Positions 43,488 to 55,783 of a stretch of 64,000 nt of DNA are shown piece after piece. The DNA comes from Rebecca billardiae RCC1528 (lineage: Eukaryota; Protista; Haptophyta): assembly GCA_965240325.2 (NCBI GenBank), contig OZ251255.1, forward strand, positions 310,001-374,000. Direction: 5' to 3'. Numbering within the stretch: the stretch's first letter is position 1; each line of letters opens with the position of its first letter. The position numbers and the translations under genes were made by a program. A model generated the notes under the pieces. The model ran no database searches, was not told the DNA's origin, and worked only from the letters and a program-made list of their open reading frames with translations.

Positions 43488-44593
43488 CAAGGGAGGTCCG
43501 GGCCGGGAGCTCCCAGCGAGCGGCCAGCGCGACATCACCTCAAGGTTTTTCCTGAGCGCCGGGCGGCAGCGGCGGCGAGGGCGGTGCTCCGCTGGCGGGG
43601 CGCGCACGGGGCACGGCGCTGCGGGCGCGGATGTGTCCGCAGAGCCGGCGCGTGCGGACGGGCTGTTGCGGGAGAGCATCTGGCGCCCTCCTGCGCCGCG
43701 CGCATTGCGCCACGCCTCTTTCGCCTTGACTCAGGGCAGCGCGCACATGCGCGCTGCGTCAAGGCCAGCCTTGCCGCGCCGCAGCCGACCGCACGCGCGC
43801 CGTGCGCGGCGTGGTCGGGAAGGAACGGGCGCGGCTGCCGGGCGAGATGGCGACATCACGTGCGCACGCCATGTCGTCCCGCGGCGCCGCGAAAGGGCGC
43901 GATAACGGATCCGCACAGCTGTTGACGAGTGCTGATTTCTTGCCGTGCCTGAAGCCAGACCTGAGCTCGAAAAAGATGATGAAAGTGCATCAGCGCGAGG
44001 AAAGCGTCGCACCCAGCACTTCTACATGGCCACGTGGTGATGGACATTCATGTAAGAGTAGTCCGCGTGCCCGTCTGGCACTGTTCTGTGTCTCAATGAT
44101 CGTCCCGACAAGGGTCGCGACCGCGAGGCCGTGCAGACCATTTGAGACAACTCGAAGAGGCGTGCAAACGGACCGGCGACACGCTCGTCAAGGCGTGGCG
44201 GGGCGGCATGGCGTGCGCACGTGATGTCGCCATCTCGCCCGGCAGCCGCGCCCGTTCCTTCCCGACCACGCCGCGCACGGCGCGCGCGCGGTCGGCTGCG
44301 GCGCGGCAAGGCTGGCCTTGACGCGGCGCGCATGTGCGCGCTGCCCTGAGTCAAGGCGAAAGAGGCGTGGCGCAATGCGCGCGGCGCAGGAGGGCGCCAG
44401 ATGCTCTCCCGCAACAGCCCGTCCGCACGCGCCGGCTCTGCGGGCACATCCGCGCCCGCAGCGCCGTGCCCCGTGCGCGCCCCGCCAGCGGAGCACCGCC
44501 CTCGCCGCCGCCGCCGCCCGGCGCTCAGGGAAAAACCTTGAGGTGATGTCGCGCTGGCCGCTCGCTGGGAGCTCCCGGCCCGGACCAATAATG
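43488..44593. mobile_element. Foldback element 5: P/Galileo-like, ~380-bp arms, 6-7-bp TSD
   Basis: Starts CAAGGGA. Arms are 43495-43873 and 44207-44586. GGCTTGG occurs at 43481-43487 and 44593-44599. An empty-site paralog lies at 16139-16161 (inverted). Confidence 0.82.
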
Positions 44594-44713
44594 GCTTGGT
44601 TTGCAAGCGTCAGGCGGAAAGCGGCAGCCATCTTTATTCAGATCACATCATCAGCGCATTGTTTTAATGTTTTTGAAATGCTTTTTTAAGATTCTTAGCT
44701 AGCACGGGTGACG

Positions 44714-44880
44714 GGTCCGGTAATCGCTGTCCGGCTGGGAAGCCTTAGCTGGTTGAGGCACCAGCCGGCTGTCCGGTGAACTTGGTTAGGTCCGGTAGCG
44801 CAGTCCGGCTGTGATGGTTGGGCACTGGCTCTCTGTCCGGCGACCTTGGTTAGGTCCGGTGATCGTAGTCCGGCTGGCCA
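44714..44880. repeat. Degenerate ~65-bp tandem repeat
   Basis: (TTGGTTA)GGTCCGGT...GTCCGGCTG occurs three times. Confidence 0.65.
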
Positions 44881-45173
44881 CTCTTGCCCGTCTTGGAATG
44901 GACAATGGTTGGGTGGTTAGGCTGTGGAAGGACGTTTTCCAACCAAATGTGGTGAGTAACCTGCTTACGGAAAAAGATTACTCCGGTGTGACTCGCTTCC
45001 ATGGTCGACTTCAACTGGCGAACTGCCACTACGGCGGAGAGCCGCGATTGCACGGCCACCGCGGGCCCCCAAGTCCCAACTGCGTTGATTCTATGCAGAA
45101 AATAAGGACCGCGGAACGCGGTCATATATTGCGCCAGCGGTGCGGATGATGGTGGCGGCGGCCGCGTGCGAGC

Positions 45174-46890
45174 TCACGCCTTGCGCCGCCCGAGCGAGCG
45201 CCCCGCCGTCTGCTTCGCGTCCAGCGGCAGGTAGACGACCGTTGTGCGCGTGTGCGCGCGCCGAGATTCGATCACCTCGCACTCACATTCAGACTCCTGC
45301 TTGGAGCGCGGCAGCGGGCGCGACGCGGGGTGGCGGGACGGAGGCGGCGCGCGGCCGGGCAGGATGGAGGGGGCGGGCGTCGGTGCGCGCGTGCCGCGTG
45401 CTCGGCACGCGCGCGCGCGCCGCGCGCATGCGCGGCACCGCCGCGCGACGGCGGTGTGCCGCGCCGCCGCGCGGGGCCGTGCGCTGCCACGGTGGTGCGC
45501 AGCGGCGGCGGCGGAGGCGCGGCGCGGCGCGGCGGTGTGCTGCGCCGCGCCGCGCCGCGCTGCGCTGCCGCTGCGGTGGTGCGGGGCGGCGGAGGCGGCG
45601 AGGGCTGGGGCTAGGGACAGCGGCGCGCACCTTGATGACGTACGGCAGCACGACCTCGTGCACCTCGGCGAGCATGCGCACCGCGCCGCGCGAGATGTGC
45701 GCGGACGGAGGCGCCACCACCGGCGCCCAGCCGCCCGCGCCCGCGCGGCTGCGCATGCGCACACGCGCGCACACACACGCACACACACGCGCGCGCGCGC
45801 ACACACACGCACACACGCACGCACACACACACACACACGCACGCACGCACACACACGCACACGCACAGGCGCACACGCGCAGAAGCGTGTTCGGGTCAGC
45901 CGTTGGCGCGGACACGGCGGCGCGGGGGCGGCGCGGGGGGCGGCGGCGCGCACGCGAACGGACGTGGCAGCGCCGCGCGCGCGCACCGCGCGATGTCCGA
46001 CCACTTGCGGCCCTGCGGCCCACCGCCGCCTCCGCCGCCGCCACCGGCACCGCCGTCGACGGCGGCATCCGCTTCGAAGGCCTGGCCGCCGACGCCTGCG
46101 CGCCGCGCGCGCGCGCGCGCGGGCTCGGGGGCGGTGAGGTGTGCTAACAGCGCGCGCGCACACGCATGCGCGCACACGCACGCACGCACACACCGCCTAG
46201 GCGCATTGCACGCGCACGCTTGCGCAGCACACGCGCGCAGCACACGCGCGCGCGCGCGCACGCGCGCGCGCAGCACGCGCACCTGCGCGCTTGCCGGCGG
46301 CGAGCGCGCGCAGCACCGCGCGCGGGTTGGCGGTGGCGTCGTCGTACGGCGGTTCAAGCCGCAGCTGCAGCAGCGTGCACCGTCGGTCGGGGTCGGCGGT
46401 GACGACGGGCTCGAGTGTGCACCCCGGCAGCAGCCGGCACAGACACACGACCATCCCCGCCGATTCGTTCGCAAACACTTCGTAGGCGAGTGACGCGGAG
46501 GGCGGGGGCGGCGGGCGCAGCGGGCGCGCGGGCGAGCCGCCGCCGCCGTCGCCGCCGAGCGCGCCCGCGGACCCCGGCGGCGACGCGGCGCGGACGGTGA
46601 CGGCAGTGCTGCCGGCTGGGTGGCCGGCGCCGCCGCGCTCGGCCGCGGCCGAGGCGCCGTCGGCCGCGCCGGCCGGCGGCGGCGTGTGCGGCGGCGGCCC
46701 CGCGCCGCCCGCGCCCACCGCGATACTCACCGCCTCGAGCTGCGCCCTTAGCCGCAGGATCTGAGCCCGCGGCGCGGCGCGGCGCGAGTGCGGGGGCGGG
46801 GCGGCGCGTGAGGCCGCCGCCCGGCCCGTCCCAGGCGCACCGCGGCGGGGGCTGCCATGCGGCGCGCGCGCGCGCACACACACACACACG

Positions 46891-46921
<31 letters not shown>

Positions 46922-49900
46922 ACGCACACACGCACACGCACACACGCACACACGCACACGCGCGCACACACGCGCACGCACACACGCGCGCACCTCCGCG
47001 CGCGCCGCCGTGAGCTGCTCCTTGGCCGCCGCCCAGCGCGTGCGCCCCGTGGCGGCCTTGTGCAAGAACTCGGACAGATACAGCACCGGCTGGCGCGGGC
47101 GCACGCAGCAGGTGGCGAAGAGGCCCTCCTGCACGACCGGACTGACCGAGCTCGCCAGGAACGCACGGAACGCCTCGGGCAGCGCCTCGCGCTCCGCCAG
47201 CATGGCACCCGCGCGCTCGCGCGTCAGCGCCGTCGGCATGACATCGAAAACACTCAGTGCGCTGCCGAGCGCCTCGGCGGGGTCGGCGGGCCAGCCGCCG
47301 GCGGCGCCGGCGCCGCCCAGCGGCGGGAGCAGCCCGCCGCCGCCCGCCGCCTCGCCCGCCGTCGGCGCGTCAAAGTCGATCGCCGCCTCGTCGACGACGT
47401 AACCGCCGTAACCGTCGGCGTAACCGTCGGCGTCCCCGCCGTGCCCGTCGCCCGCGGCGGCGGTCGGCGCCGCCGCCGCGCCCGGCGCCGCCGAGGCCGC
47501 GGCGGCGGCGGCGCCGCCATCCGCGCCGGGCGGCAGCGGCGGCAGCGCGCCCGCAAGCGCGGTGGACAGTGGCGCGCGCTGCGCGATCGCGTGGCGCACG
47601 GCGGCGGCGGCGAGCGCCGTCCGCACCGCCACGAGCCTCTCGCCGAGCACAGCCGGCCCCGCGGCCTGCGCGCCCGCCGCGCCGGCGACGGCGGCGGCTG
47701 CGCACAGCGCTAGACCGTCGAGCTGCGCGGCGGCGCGCGCGTCGCCGATCGCGCGCAGCGCGCGCAGCTGCCCCGCCGCGGCGGCCGCCGCCTCTGCCGC
47801 CTGCTTGCGCCGGCCGATTGTGGCTGCGAGGGAGGCCAGCTTGACGCTCTGCGCACACACACACACACGCACACACGCACACACACACGCACACACGCAC
47901 ACACACACACACACACGCACACGCGCGCACACACGCACGCACACGCACACACACACACACGCACACGCACACGCACGCACACACACACGCACACATACGC
48001 ACACACACGCGCACACATACGCACACGCACACACACACGGGATGCCGAGGGGCGCAGCGGAGGCGCGCGCGGGCAGCGTGGGGAGCACACGGAAGGGCGA
48101 GGGCGGCGGGCGGAGCAGGCGGGCGCGGGCCGAGGCACGCGCAGATACGAAACGGTCCGTGTGACGAAACGGCGGGCGGCGGCCGGCAGCGGCGGCGGTG
48201 CGCGGCGGGCCGCGAGCGCGGGCGGAGGCGCGCGGCGGCGGGCGGCGGGCGGGGGGCGGGCGCGCGTGAGGCCACGGAGGCGCCAAGGGGTGCGCGCCGG
48301 CGGCGCGGGCGCGCTGCCTTCTCGCAGCCGTGGGGCGGGACCCCGGCTGCGTGCGCGCCCCCGGACTCCCGGACCCCCGGACTGCCCCCGGACTGCCCCC
48401 CCCCGGACTCCCGGACCCCCGGACTGCGCACCTGGTGGAGCTGCTCGAGCGGGAGCGTGAGCGACTCGTGCGCCACCGCCGCGAGCACCGCGGCGCCCTT
48501 GCTCAGCACCGCCGCCGCCGCCTCCACCACCGCCGCCGCCGCCGCCGTCGGCGGGCTCGGCGGCGGCGCGCCGTCGGCGTCGGCGGCCGCGCCGCCGGCG
48601 GCGGCGGCGGCGGCGGCTTGGGTGTAGCGCCCGGCGGCGGCGCCGGGCGGCTGCGGCGGCAGGCCGGCGGCGACGCGCGCCGAGGCGATCGCCTGGCGCA
48701 CGAGCGCGCGCTGCGCCTCCCACCGCGCGCGCTGCCGCCCCGTCAGCCCCGACGCGTCCGCCGCGCCCGAGCCGGAAAGTCCGGGAGAGTCCGGGAGCTC
48801 GACGCCGTCCGCCGCGGCCGCGGCGGCGGCGATGCGGTCGGCCGCGTCGACGGCGCCTGCGGCGAAGGCGGCGGCGTGCTTCGCGTCGCCGAGCGTGGCC
48901 TTGAGCTCGCGCGTCGCGCCCGCCGCCTCCGCCGCGCCCTCCGCCGCGCCCTCCGCCTCCGCCATCGCGGCGCGCAGCGCGCGCGCCGCCGCGCGCGCGG
49001 CCAGCTGGCCGGCGCTTGCGCCGAGCGCGGCGGCGGCGGCGGTCGGCGGCGCGCCGCCGGCGCGCGCCGCCTCGCGCGCGCGCCCGGACTCGTCCGCCCA
49101 GCCGGACTCGGGCTCGTCCGCCCCCGCGAGCAGCGCCGCGGCCACGTCCACGCCCGACGGCAGATCGTCAGCGCCGCCCGGCGCCGGCAACGCTTCGACC
49201 AGCCCGAGGCACGCGCCGCCATGCTGCTCGAGAAACGATCGGGTCTCGTCGGCCGAAACCGCATGCGCGACGGCGGCGCGCGGGCCGCCGCCGCCGCCCG
49301 CCGCCGCGTGCCGCTGCGCCGCGCCGAGCGCGCCGTCGGCGGCGCCGAGGCTTCGCTCAAGCTCGGCGAGCGCCGGCGCGAGCGACGCCGCCGCCCACCG
49401 GCCGGCGTGGCCGCGCGCGCGCTCGCCGTCGCCCACGCGCGCCTGCGGGCGGTGCGCGCGCGCGCGGCGCGGCGCGGCGGGGCGGTGCGCGGCGCGTGAG
49501 CGCGCGGGCCGCGCTGCGCGCGCGCGCACCGCGGCGTCGGGCCACGCGCTGCGCGCGCGCGCGGGCACGGCGCGGCCGCGCACCAAGCTGCCGCGCCGCG
49601 GGCCGAGGCCGCCGCCCTCGCCGCCGCCGCCACCGCCGTCCGCCGCGCCGCGCGGCGGCGGCGGCGGCGCGGCGGCGGCGAGCGGCGCGCCGCCCGCGCC
49701 CGCGCGCGCCGCGTCTGCCGCCTGCGCCGCCGCGACGATCTCCAGCGCCACGGTGCTGCCCGCGCGCCCGACTGCGCTGGCGCCCCCGCCTGCGCTGGCG
49801 CCCCCGCCGCCGCCGAGCGCGGGCGGCGCGCCGCCGCCATCGTCGTAGCCGCCTGCGGCCGAGTCGTCGTAGGAACCGCCGCCCTCACCGCCGCCGCCCT

Positions 49901-51053
49901 GATCACCGCCAGCGGCGGCCTCGGCGGCGCCGCCGCCGTCGGTGTGCTGCTGCTGGTCGTACGGGCCAGGGTTAGGGTTAGGGTTAGGGTTAGGGTCAGG
50001 GTGCGGGGTAGGGTTAGGGTTGGGCGGCTGATCGTAAGGTCGTTCATCCTCGTCGTCGAACGGCTCGCCCTCCTGCACCCAGCCCTCCTCCGCCTCCTCC
50101 GCCCCCTCCGCCCCCGCGCCGCCCGCGAGCGCGCCGCCGCCCTCGTCCGCGCCGCCGCCCGCCACAGCCGCGCCGCCGCCGCCGCCGCCGAGCGGCGGCA
50201 GGGGCGCGCGCGGCGGCGCCGGTCCGCGCGCGGTCGGCGGCGGCTCGGCGGCCGGCTCGGCTCGTGGCGACAGCAGCAAGGCGCCGCCGTCGTCGGCGCC
50301 GCCGCTGGGGGGCGTTCCGGCGACGAGGGCGACGGCAGGTAGGTGCGTTGGGGCGCGCAGCGGCAGCCCGCCGCCGCCGCCGCCGCCACCGCCGTCGCCA
50401 CCGCCGCCGCCGTCCGCGTTGGCCCCGGCGCCGCCTGTGCCGTCGGCGTATGCCGGCGGGGGGGCCGGCTCGGGCGGCGAGGGCGGCGGCGAGGCGGGCG
50501 GGGGCGGCGTGCGCGCGCGCGGCGGCGTGGGCGGCGGTGGGCTTGACGGCGCGGCGGGCGGGTGCGCGTCACCCGGCTCCGAGTCTGCGCCCCACTCGCG
50601 AACTGCGCGGCAGCGGCGCGCGCGGCGGCGGCGGTGCAGTGTGGCGGCGCGTGAGCGCGCACGCACGCGCGGCGTGGCAGCGCGGCGCCGCGTCGGCGGG
50701 TTCACGGCGCGCGCAGTCACGCACGGCGCGCGCGGCGGCGTGCCGGCGCGGCCGCGAGCACGGGCAGAGGCAGGCGTGCCGCCGCGCGCGCCGCGCGCCG
50801 CATGGCGCCCGCGCCCCGCACACCCTCAGCCCAACCCTAACCCCAACCCTAACCCTAACCCTAACCCTAACCTAACCCGCACCCTAACCCGCACACGCAC
50901 CTTCGACCGCGCCGGGCTCAGAGTCGGAGGGCGAGGGCGGGGACGCGTCGGGGCCTGCGGCGGCGGTGCCAGCCGCCGCGGCGGCGGCCGCGCGCGCCGC
51001 CGCAACCGTGAGCGCGCTCGGCCGCCGCCGCACCGCGCTGCCGCCGGGTCCGA

Positions 51054-51087
<34 letters not shown>

Positions 51088-52722
51088 AGGCCCGGCGCCG
51101 CCGCCGCCGCCGCCGCCGCCGGGCGGCGGCGGCGCCGCCGCATAGTCGCCGAGCTCGGCGGCGTGCTGCTCGCGGTGCACGAGCAACGGCGCGCCCACGC
51201 CCGCGTCCGCCAGCGCGGCCTGGATCCGGCCGAGCGCGTTCAGCCCGCCCGCCGCTTTGGCCAACTCCGACTTTGCCCGCTTGTATTTCTCCTTGTCAGT
51301 CGCGGTGGCGGCGAGCGCGGCGCGGCCCACAAAAAGCTGGCGCTCGGCATCGGCGGTGAGCAGGGCGGCGTGCACGGCGGCAGCGAGCTGGCGCGCCTCG
51401 GCCGCGCGCGTGCTGATCCCGCCCTCTCCGCCACCACCGCCGCCGCCGCCGTCGTCGTCGTCCGCCGCCGCCTCGCGCGCGCGCGCACACGCCGCGACCA
51501 GCAGCGCATGGCCGCGGCCGCGCCAGCTGTCCCATCGCAGTGTGGCGGCGCGCGCGCCCTCCAGCGCTGCGGCGTGGCGGGCCAGCACGCGTGCGGCGGC
51601 GTCGCCCTTGCGCACGAAGCGCCGGCGCTCCTCGCGCAGCAGCGACGCCGTCGGCACGTCGTGCTGCCGCAGCCGCGTCGAAGCGAACAGCGCACCGCGC
51701 GCGCGCTCGAGGGTCGCATAAGCGGCGTCGGCTCCGGCATCCCGCGCCGCGTGAGCGTCGATGGCCGCGGCCGCGTCTTCGGCGGCGTCGGCGACGTCGG
51801 CGGCGTCCGCGCTCGAGACGGCCGCCGCACCCTGCGCACGCCACGCCGGGGAAGCGGGGGCGGTTGCGTGTGTGCGTGCGCGTGTGTGTGTGTGTGTGTG
51901 TGCGTGTGTGTGTGTGTGTGCGTGCATGTGTGCGCGAGAGCGGTGGCGCGGCGCGGCTCGGCGGCGGGCGCGGCGCGGCGCGGCGCCGAGCGGCGCGGGT
52001 CCGGTGCGCGGGCTTGTCCGGGCGGCCTGGCGCGCGTCGAGGGGCGCGGGCGCGCGCACGCGCGCGCGCGCGCCGCACCTCCGCAGCGCCCAGCGCCGCG
52101 ACCGCCGCGCTCAGCTGGCGGTGAGCCGCGCCATAGGCCAGGTCGTCCGCCTCCGCAATCTGTAACGGTTTGCGTAACGGCCGCGCGCGCGGCGGCGGGG
52201 GCGGGCGGTGAAGGGGGCGTGCCGGGCGGGGCGGCTCGGCGCGGCGCGCACGCGCGCGAGCGACCCGCGGCGGTGCCCGCGCCTGCGGGCAGGGCGGGGA
52301 GGAGGCGCGGGGGGGCGGGGGGACGGGCGGCCGCCGCCGCGGGCGCGCGAGCGCGCGCGCACCGTGGCCACATCGACCCCCGCCTGCTCGGAGAGGGCGA
52401 GCGCGTCCGCCTGCGCGGCGTTGTACGCGTCGAGCACCTCGTGGTGCCGCTCGAACGACAGCGCGCCCCCCAGCCGCGCCGTCGTCGCGTCGATGGGCCC
52501 GTGCACATCGCGCACCGCCGCCGCGTCCGAATCGGGGACGGCCGAAACAGTCGCCAGGAAGGCGAGGGCGCCCTCGGCGTGGAGGGCGTCGGCGCGCGCG
52601 GCGCGGGCGGCCTCGATACTCGACTGCCCCGCCGCGATGGTCGTGGTCTCCTCGCGCAGCGCGTCGGTGACCGCGCGCAGCTCGCGCGAGCTCAGCCGCA
52701 AGGGCGCGTCGGGCTCAGCCAT
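45174..52722 (-). CDS. Large multi-exon Ala/Gly-rich coiled-coil protein with a Dpy-30/RIIa-like docking motif (may be more than one gene)
   Basis: ATG at 52722 gives [18 protein letters not shown]. Clean GT-AG exon joins (e.g. donors after 52363 and 50901). Motif [35 protein letters not shown] at ~47060-47165. Introns contain (TG)n microsatellites. Putative last exon [11 protein letters not shown]...RKA*. Exon structure is only partly resolved. Confidence 0.6.
49968..50024 (+). repeat. Interstitial telomere-like (TTAGGG)n tract
   Basis: AGGGTTAGGGTTAGGGTTAGGGTTAGGGTCAGGG... Confidence 0.9.
50830..50890 (-). repeat. Interstitial telomere-like tract, (CCCTAA)n on the plus strand, just inside an intron donor
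   Basis: CCCAACCCTAACCCCAACCCTAACCCTAACCCTAACCCTAA. The minus-strand donor GT is at 50900. Confidence 0.9.
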
Positions 52723-53889
52723 GGTCTTTCGGCCCAGGCTGGGCGGCAGGTGGCCGCCCGCCCGAGCCGATAACGACTTACTAGTTTGACGAAATCCCAC
52801 CAAGTCGGCGGGTGGAGATGCACGACGTCCAGCACCAGGCGTGCGCAGGCGTGGGGTAGGCGGACGGAGCCGATGGCTCGCCACCGCTGCCGCGCCCCGG
52901 CTCACGGGGCGGCAGCAGCTGATGTGTGTTCGTTTCAGTCCACAATGCCGTGCAGGCTTCGCAGCGGCGCGTGCGCGGTGCTGGGCCCGCAAACGGTTGC
53001 AGACCGGTGTGCTGGGGAGGAGGCGTCCGTCTGCACGGCGGGGCGCACGCCGCATGGAGGAAGGCGTGGCCACTGCCCTGCATGCCCCCCCCCCCCCCTT
53101 TGTCAGCGGCAGCACGCACTCACGCGGAACGGACGCGGATGGATGGCGCGCCACTCAGAGAGCGCCCCCTGGGCTGGGCCGTCGGGCACTACGTCCGAAC
53201 GGCGACTTCCGGGGGCAAGCGCACGCCGCCCGTGCGCCGAGCGCGACCGCCTCCTCCCCCCCCCCACCGCTTGGCGTGCACGCCGAGATGGCACGTCCAT
53301 GGCGTCGGCGCCCGGACGCTTTTGCCCCGCTCCGCCGCGGCACGCCTGCCACTGCGCCCGCCCCCCCGCGCGCGAGCGAGCGATCAGAGAGCGGCTCGGC
53401 ACCACCGGCCCTAGCGTCGGTCACGGCCAGTCTTGGCGTGCTGCACTGCGGCCCTGCCGATCCGCACTGCAGCCGGTGGTCCGCTCGGATGGCGCGGGCG
53501 TCCAGACAGTCGTCGTCAGCCATGCTGCGCTGCGCGGCAGCGCATGTGATTGGCCAACTTGAAAGTTGCTCCGCTCCCGCCGGACGTGTGCTCGCTTTCG
53601 TGTGGATTCCTCTGGGCGCCATCGTTTTGTTGGTCGGGGCCGCTGCAAAGTTTCGCAGGCGTCGGCCATTCGCGCGTGCGCGGCTACAGCCCCTGTGCGC
53701 GGCCTGTGAGGCTGCGAGCCCCCCGCGCCCGCCGCGTGCGCGGGTGCCTAGCGCGGACTCCGCGCCTGAGAATCGCCGCCGGCGCTCCGCTGGCCTGAGA
53801 ACGGCGCCCAAGCCAGCCGGGGGGCCCCACTGAGCAGCCCTGCAGTTCCGCCGCGGAGGTTCGCGAGGCGCCATCGCGCCGCGCCCGGC

Positions 53890-55783
53890 ATGGGCAAAGG
53901 GGGCGAGATGCGCGGGCCGGCGGCGCCGCGGGGCGGCGCGTGGCTCCGGTACAAGGAGGACCGGCGCACGCTCGGCTTCTGCGCGCTCTACTTCGGCTTC
54001 GTCGCCGCTGCATGGCAGGTGGAGTGGGCGCAGCGCAGCTACGCGCTCAGCGGCCTCACGTTCCTGGTACTCACGTTCACGGGGTTCCAGGGCTGCGTCA
54101 CCGTGCACAACTGCGCGCACTGCCCGCCCTTCCAGAGCGCCGCGCTCAACAGCATCTGGTGCGCGCGCCGCCGCCCGCGCGCGCCGCGGCGCGCGCGCGG
54201 GCGCGGCCGCGGCCGCTTGCGGCGCGGCCGCGCGCCGCCGCGGCCACGCGGCCTCCGGCGGCTGAGCCTCGCGCGCGCGGCCTCTGCGCGCGCAGGTTTG
54301 TGATCATCTCCATCTGGAACGGCGCCTCGGCGACCGCCTATATCCCCGGGCACAACCTCGGCCACCACAAGTCCGCGCGCGCGCCAGCGCGCGAGCAGCC
54401 GCGCCGCCGAGCGCTCCGCGCGCGCGCGCGGCGAACGCGCGCGCGCACGCTGACGGGCATGCCCTGCGCGCCTCCGTCGCGCGCGCAGGTACCTGCAGAC
54501 GCGCCAAGACGTCTACAGGACAAACAAGGTGTCCGGCGCCAACCAGCTCTGGAACCTGATCTCGTACTTTCCGCGAATCTACCCGTCGATCTATAAGAAC
54601 GACATGAATTACTTTGACGCGCAGAAGCGGCTGGGGCGGCCGGTGTACGCGCAGTTCAGACGGGACACGGCGGCGGTGCTCGGCTTCTACGCCGCGTGCG
54701 CGATTGTTGGGCCCTGGCGCTTCGTGTGGCTCGTGCTGCTGCCGCAGGTGCGCGCTCGCGCGGGCGCGCGCGCGCCAGCGCGCCAGCGCGGCCCGCGGCC
54801 CCCTCTGCCCCGCGCGCGCTTCCGGCGTGCGCTCGGCTAAGCGTGCGCACCGCACCGGCGCGCGGCTCTCGCGCGCGCAGGTGCTGGCGAAGGACATGAT
54901 CGTGACGCTCAACCTGCTGCAGCACGACGGCTGCGACCCGCACTCGCCCGTCAACCACAGCCGCAATTTTGTCGGCCCAATTCTGAATTTCCTCTGCTTC
55001 AATAACGGTGCGCGCACGGGACGCCGCCTGTCTCGGGCGCGCGCGCTCTGCGGCGCGCGCGCGGCTGGTGGGACTGCAGCCGGCACGTGCCGCCGGCGTC
55101 GGCGCGCCCCCGCGCCCAACGCCGCGGCGCCGAGCTGACGACCAAGCCCGGCCCTTCCCACACCGGCTGCCCCGCCGGCTGCCGCGCCGCGCGTGGTTGC
55201 AATCTCGCGTGATCGCGATCTCAGGGTACCATGCCATCCACCACATGATGCCTGGCAAGCACTGGTCGCTGCTGCCGAGCCTCCACGCGGAGAAGGTGGC
55301 GCCCACCAACCACCCCGCCCTCAACCACCCCAACATCCTCAGCTACGTGCTGCAGACCTTTGTGCTCAACGCGCCGTGAGCGCGCGCGCGCGCGCGCGCG
55401 CGCTCGCGCGCGTGGCGGCGCGCGGTGGCGGGAGCGCGCTCGCGTGCGCGCGGCGCGGCGGCGGCGTGCCGCGCGGCGCTCACCGATCGCCGCCCCGCCG
55501 CCCCGCGGCCCGCCGCCCCGCCCGCCCGCCGCCGCGGCGCAGGCGCACCAACTTCGACGGCAGCCGGTGGGAAGCGCCCGGGATCAACGGCGACGTGGGC
55601 CCGGACGAACCGTGGCATTATGAGCAGGCGTCGCTCAACGCATCCGGCGCCAACGCGCACCGCCAGGCGGAGGTCGAGACGTTCGGCGACGGCGGCGAGA
55701 TGTTCAGCGGCGCGGGCGTGGCGCGGCGCGCGCTCGGCGCGGGGCCCGCGGGCGCAGGAGGAAAGGCCGTCAAAGCGGAGTGA
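53890..55783 (+). CDS. Membrane fatty-acid desaturase-family protein, no cytochrome b5 domain. Exons: 53890-54158, 54296-54370, 54489-54747, 54881-55007, 55225-55375, 55543-55783
   Basis: Three His boxes (HNCAH, HNLGHH, NNGYHAIHH) plus QH and hydrophobic segments. All junctions are GT-AG and in frame. Confidence 0.9.

Noticed and set aside
49968-50890. Telomere-telomere fusion site
   Set aside because: The tracts are short, ~800 bp apart, and lie within a gene that appears continuous across them.
47370-52773. 1116-aa, 784-aa and 639-aa ORFs as single-exon genes
   Set aside because: They run through microsatellite introns; only parts are exons of the spliced minus-strand gene.
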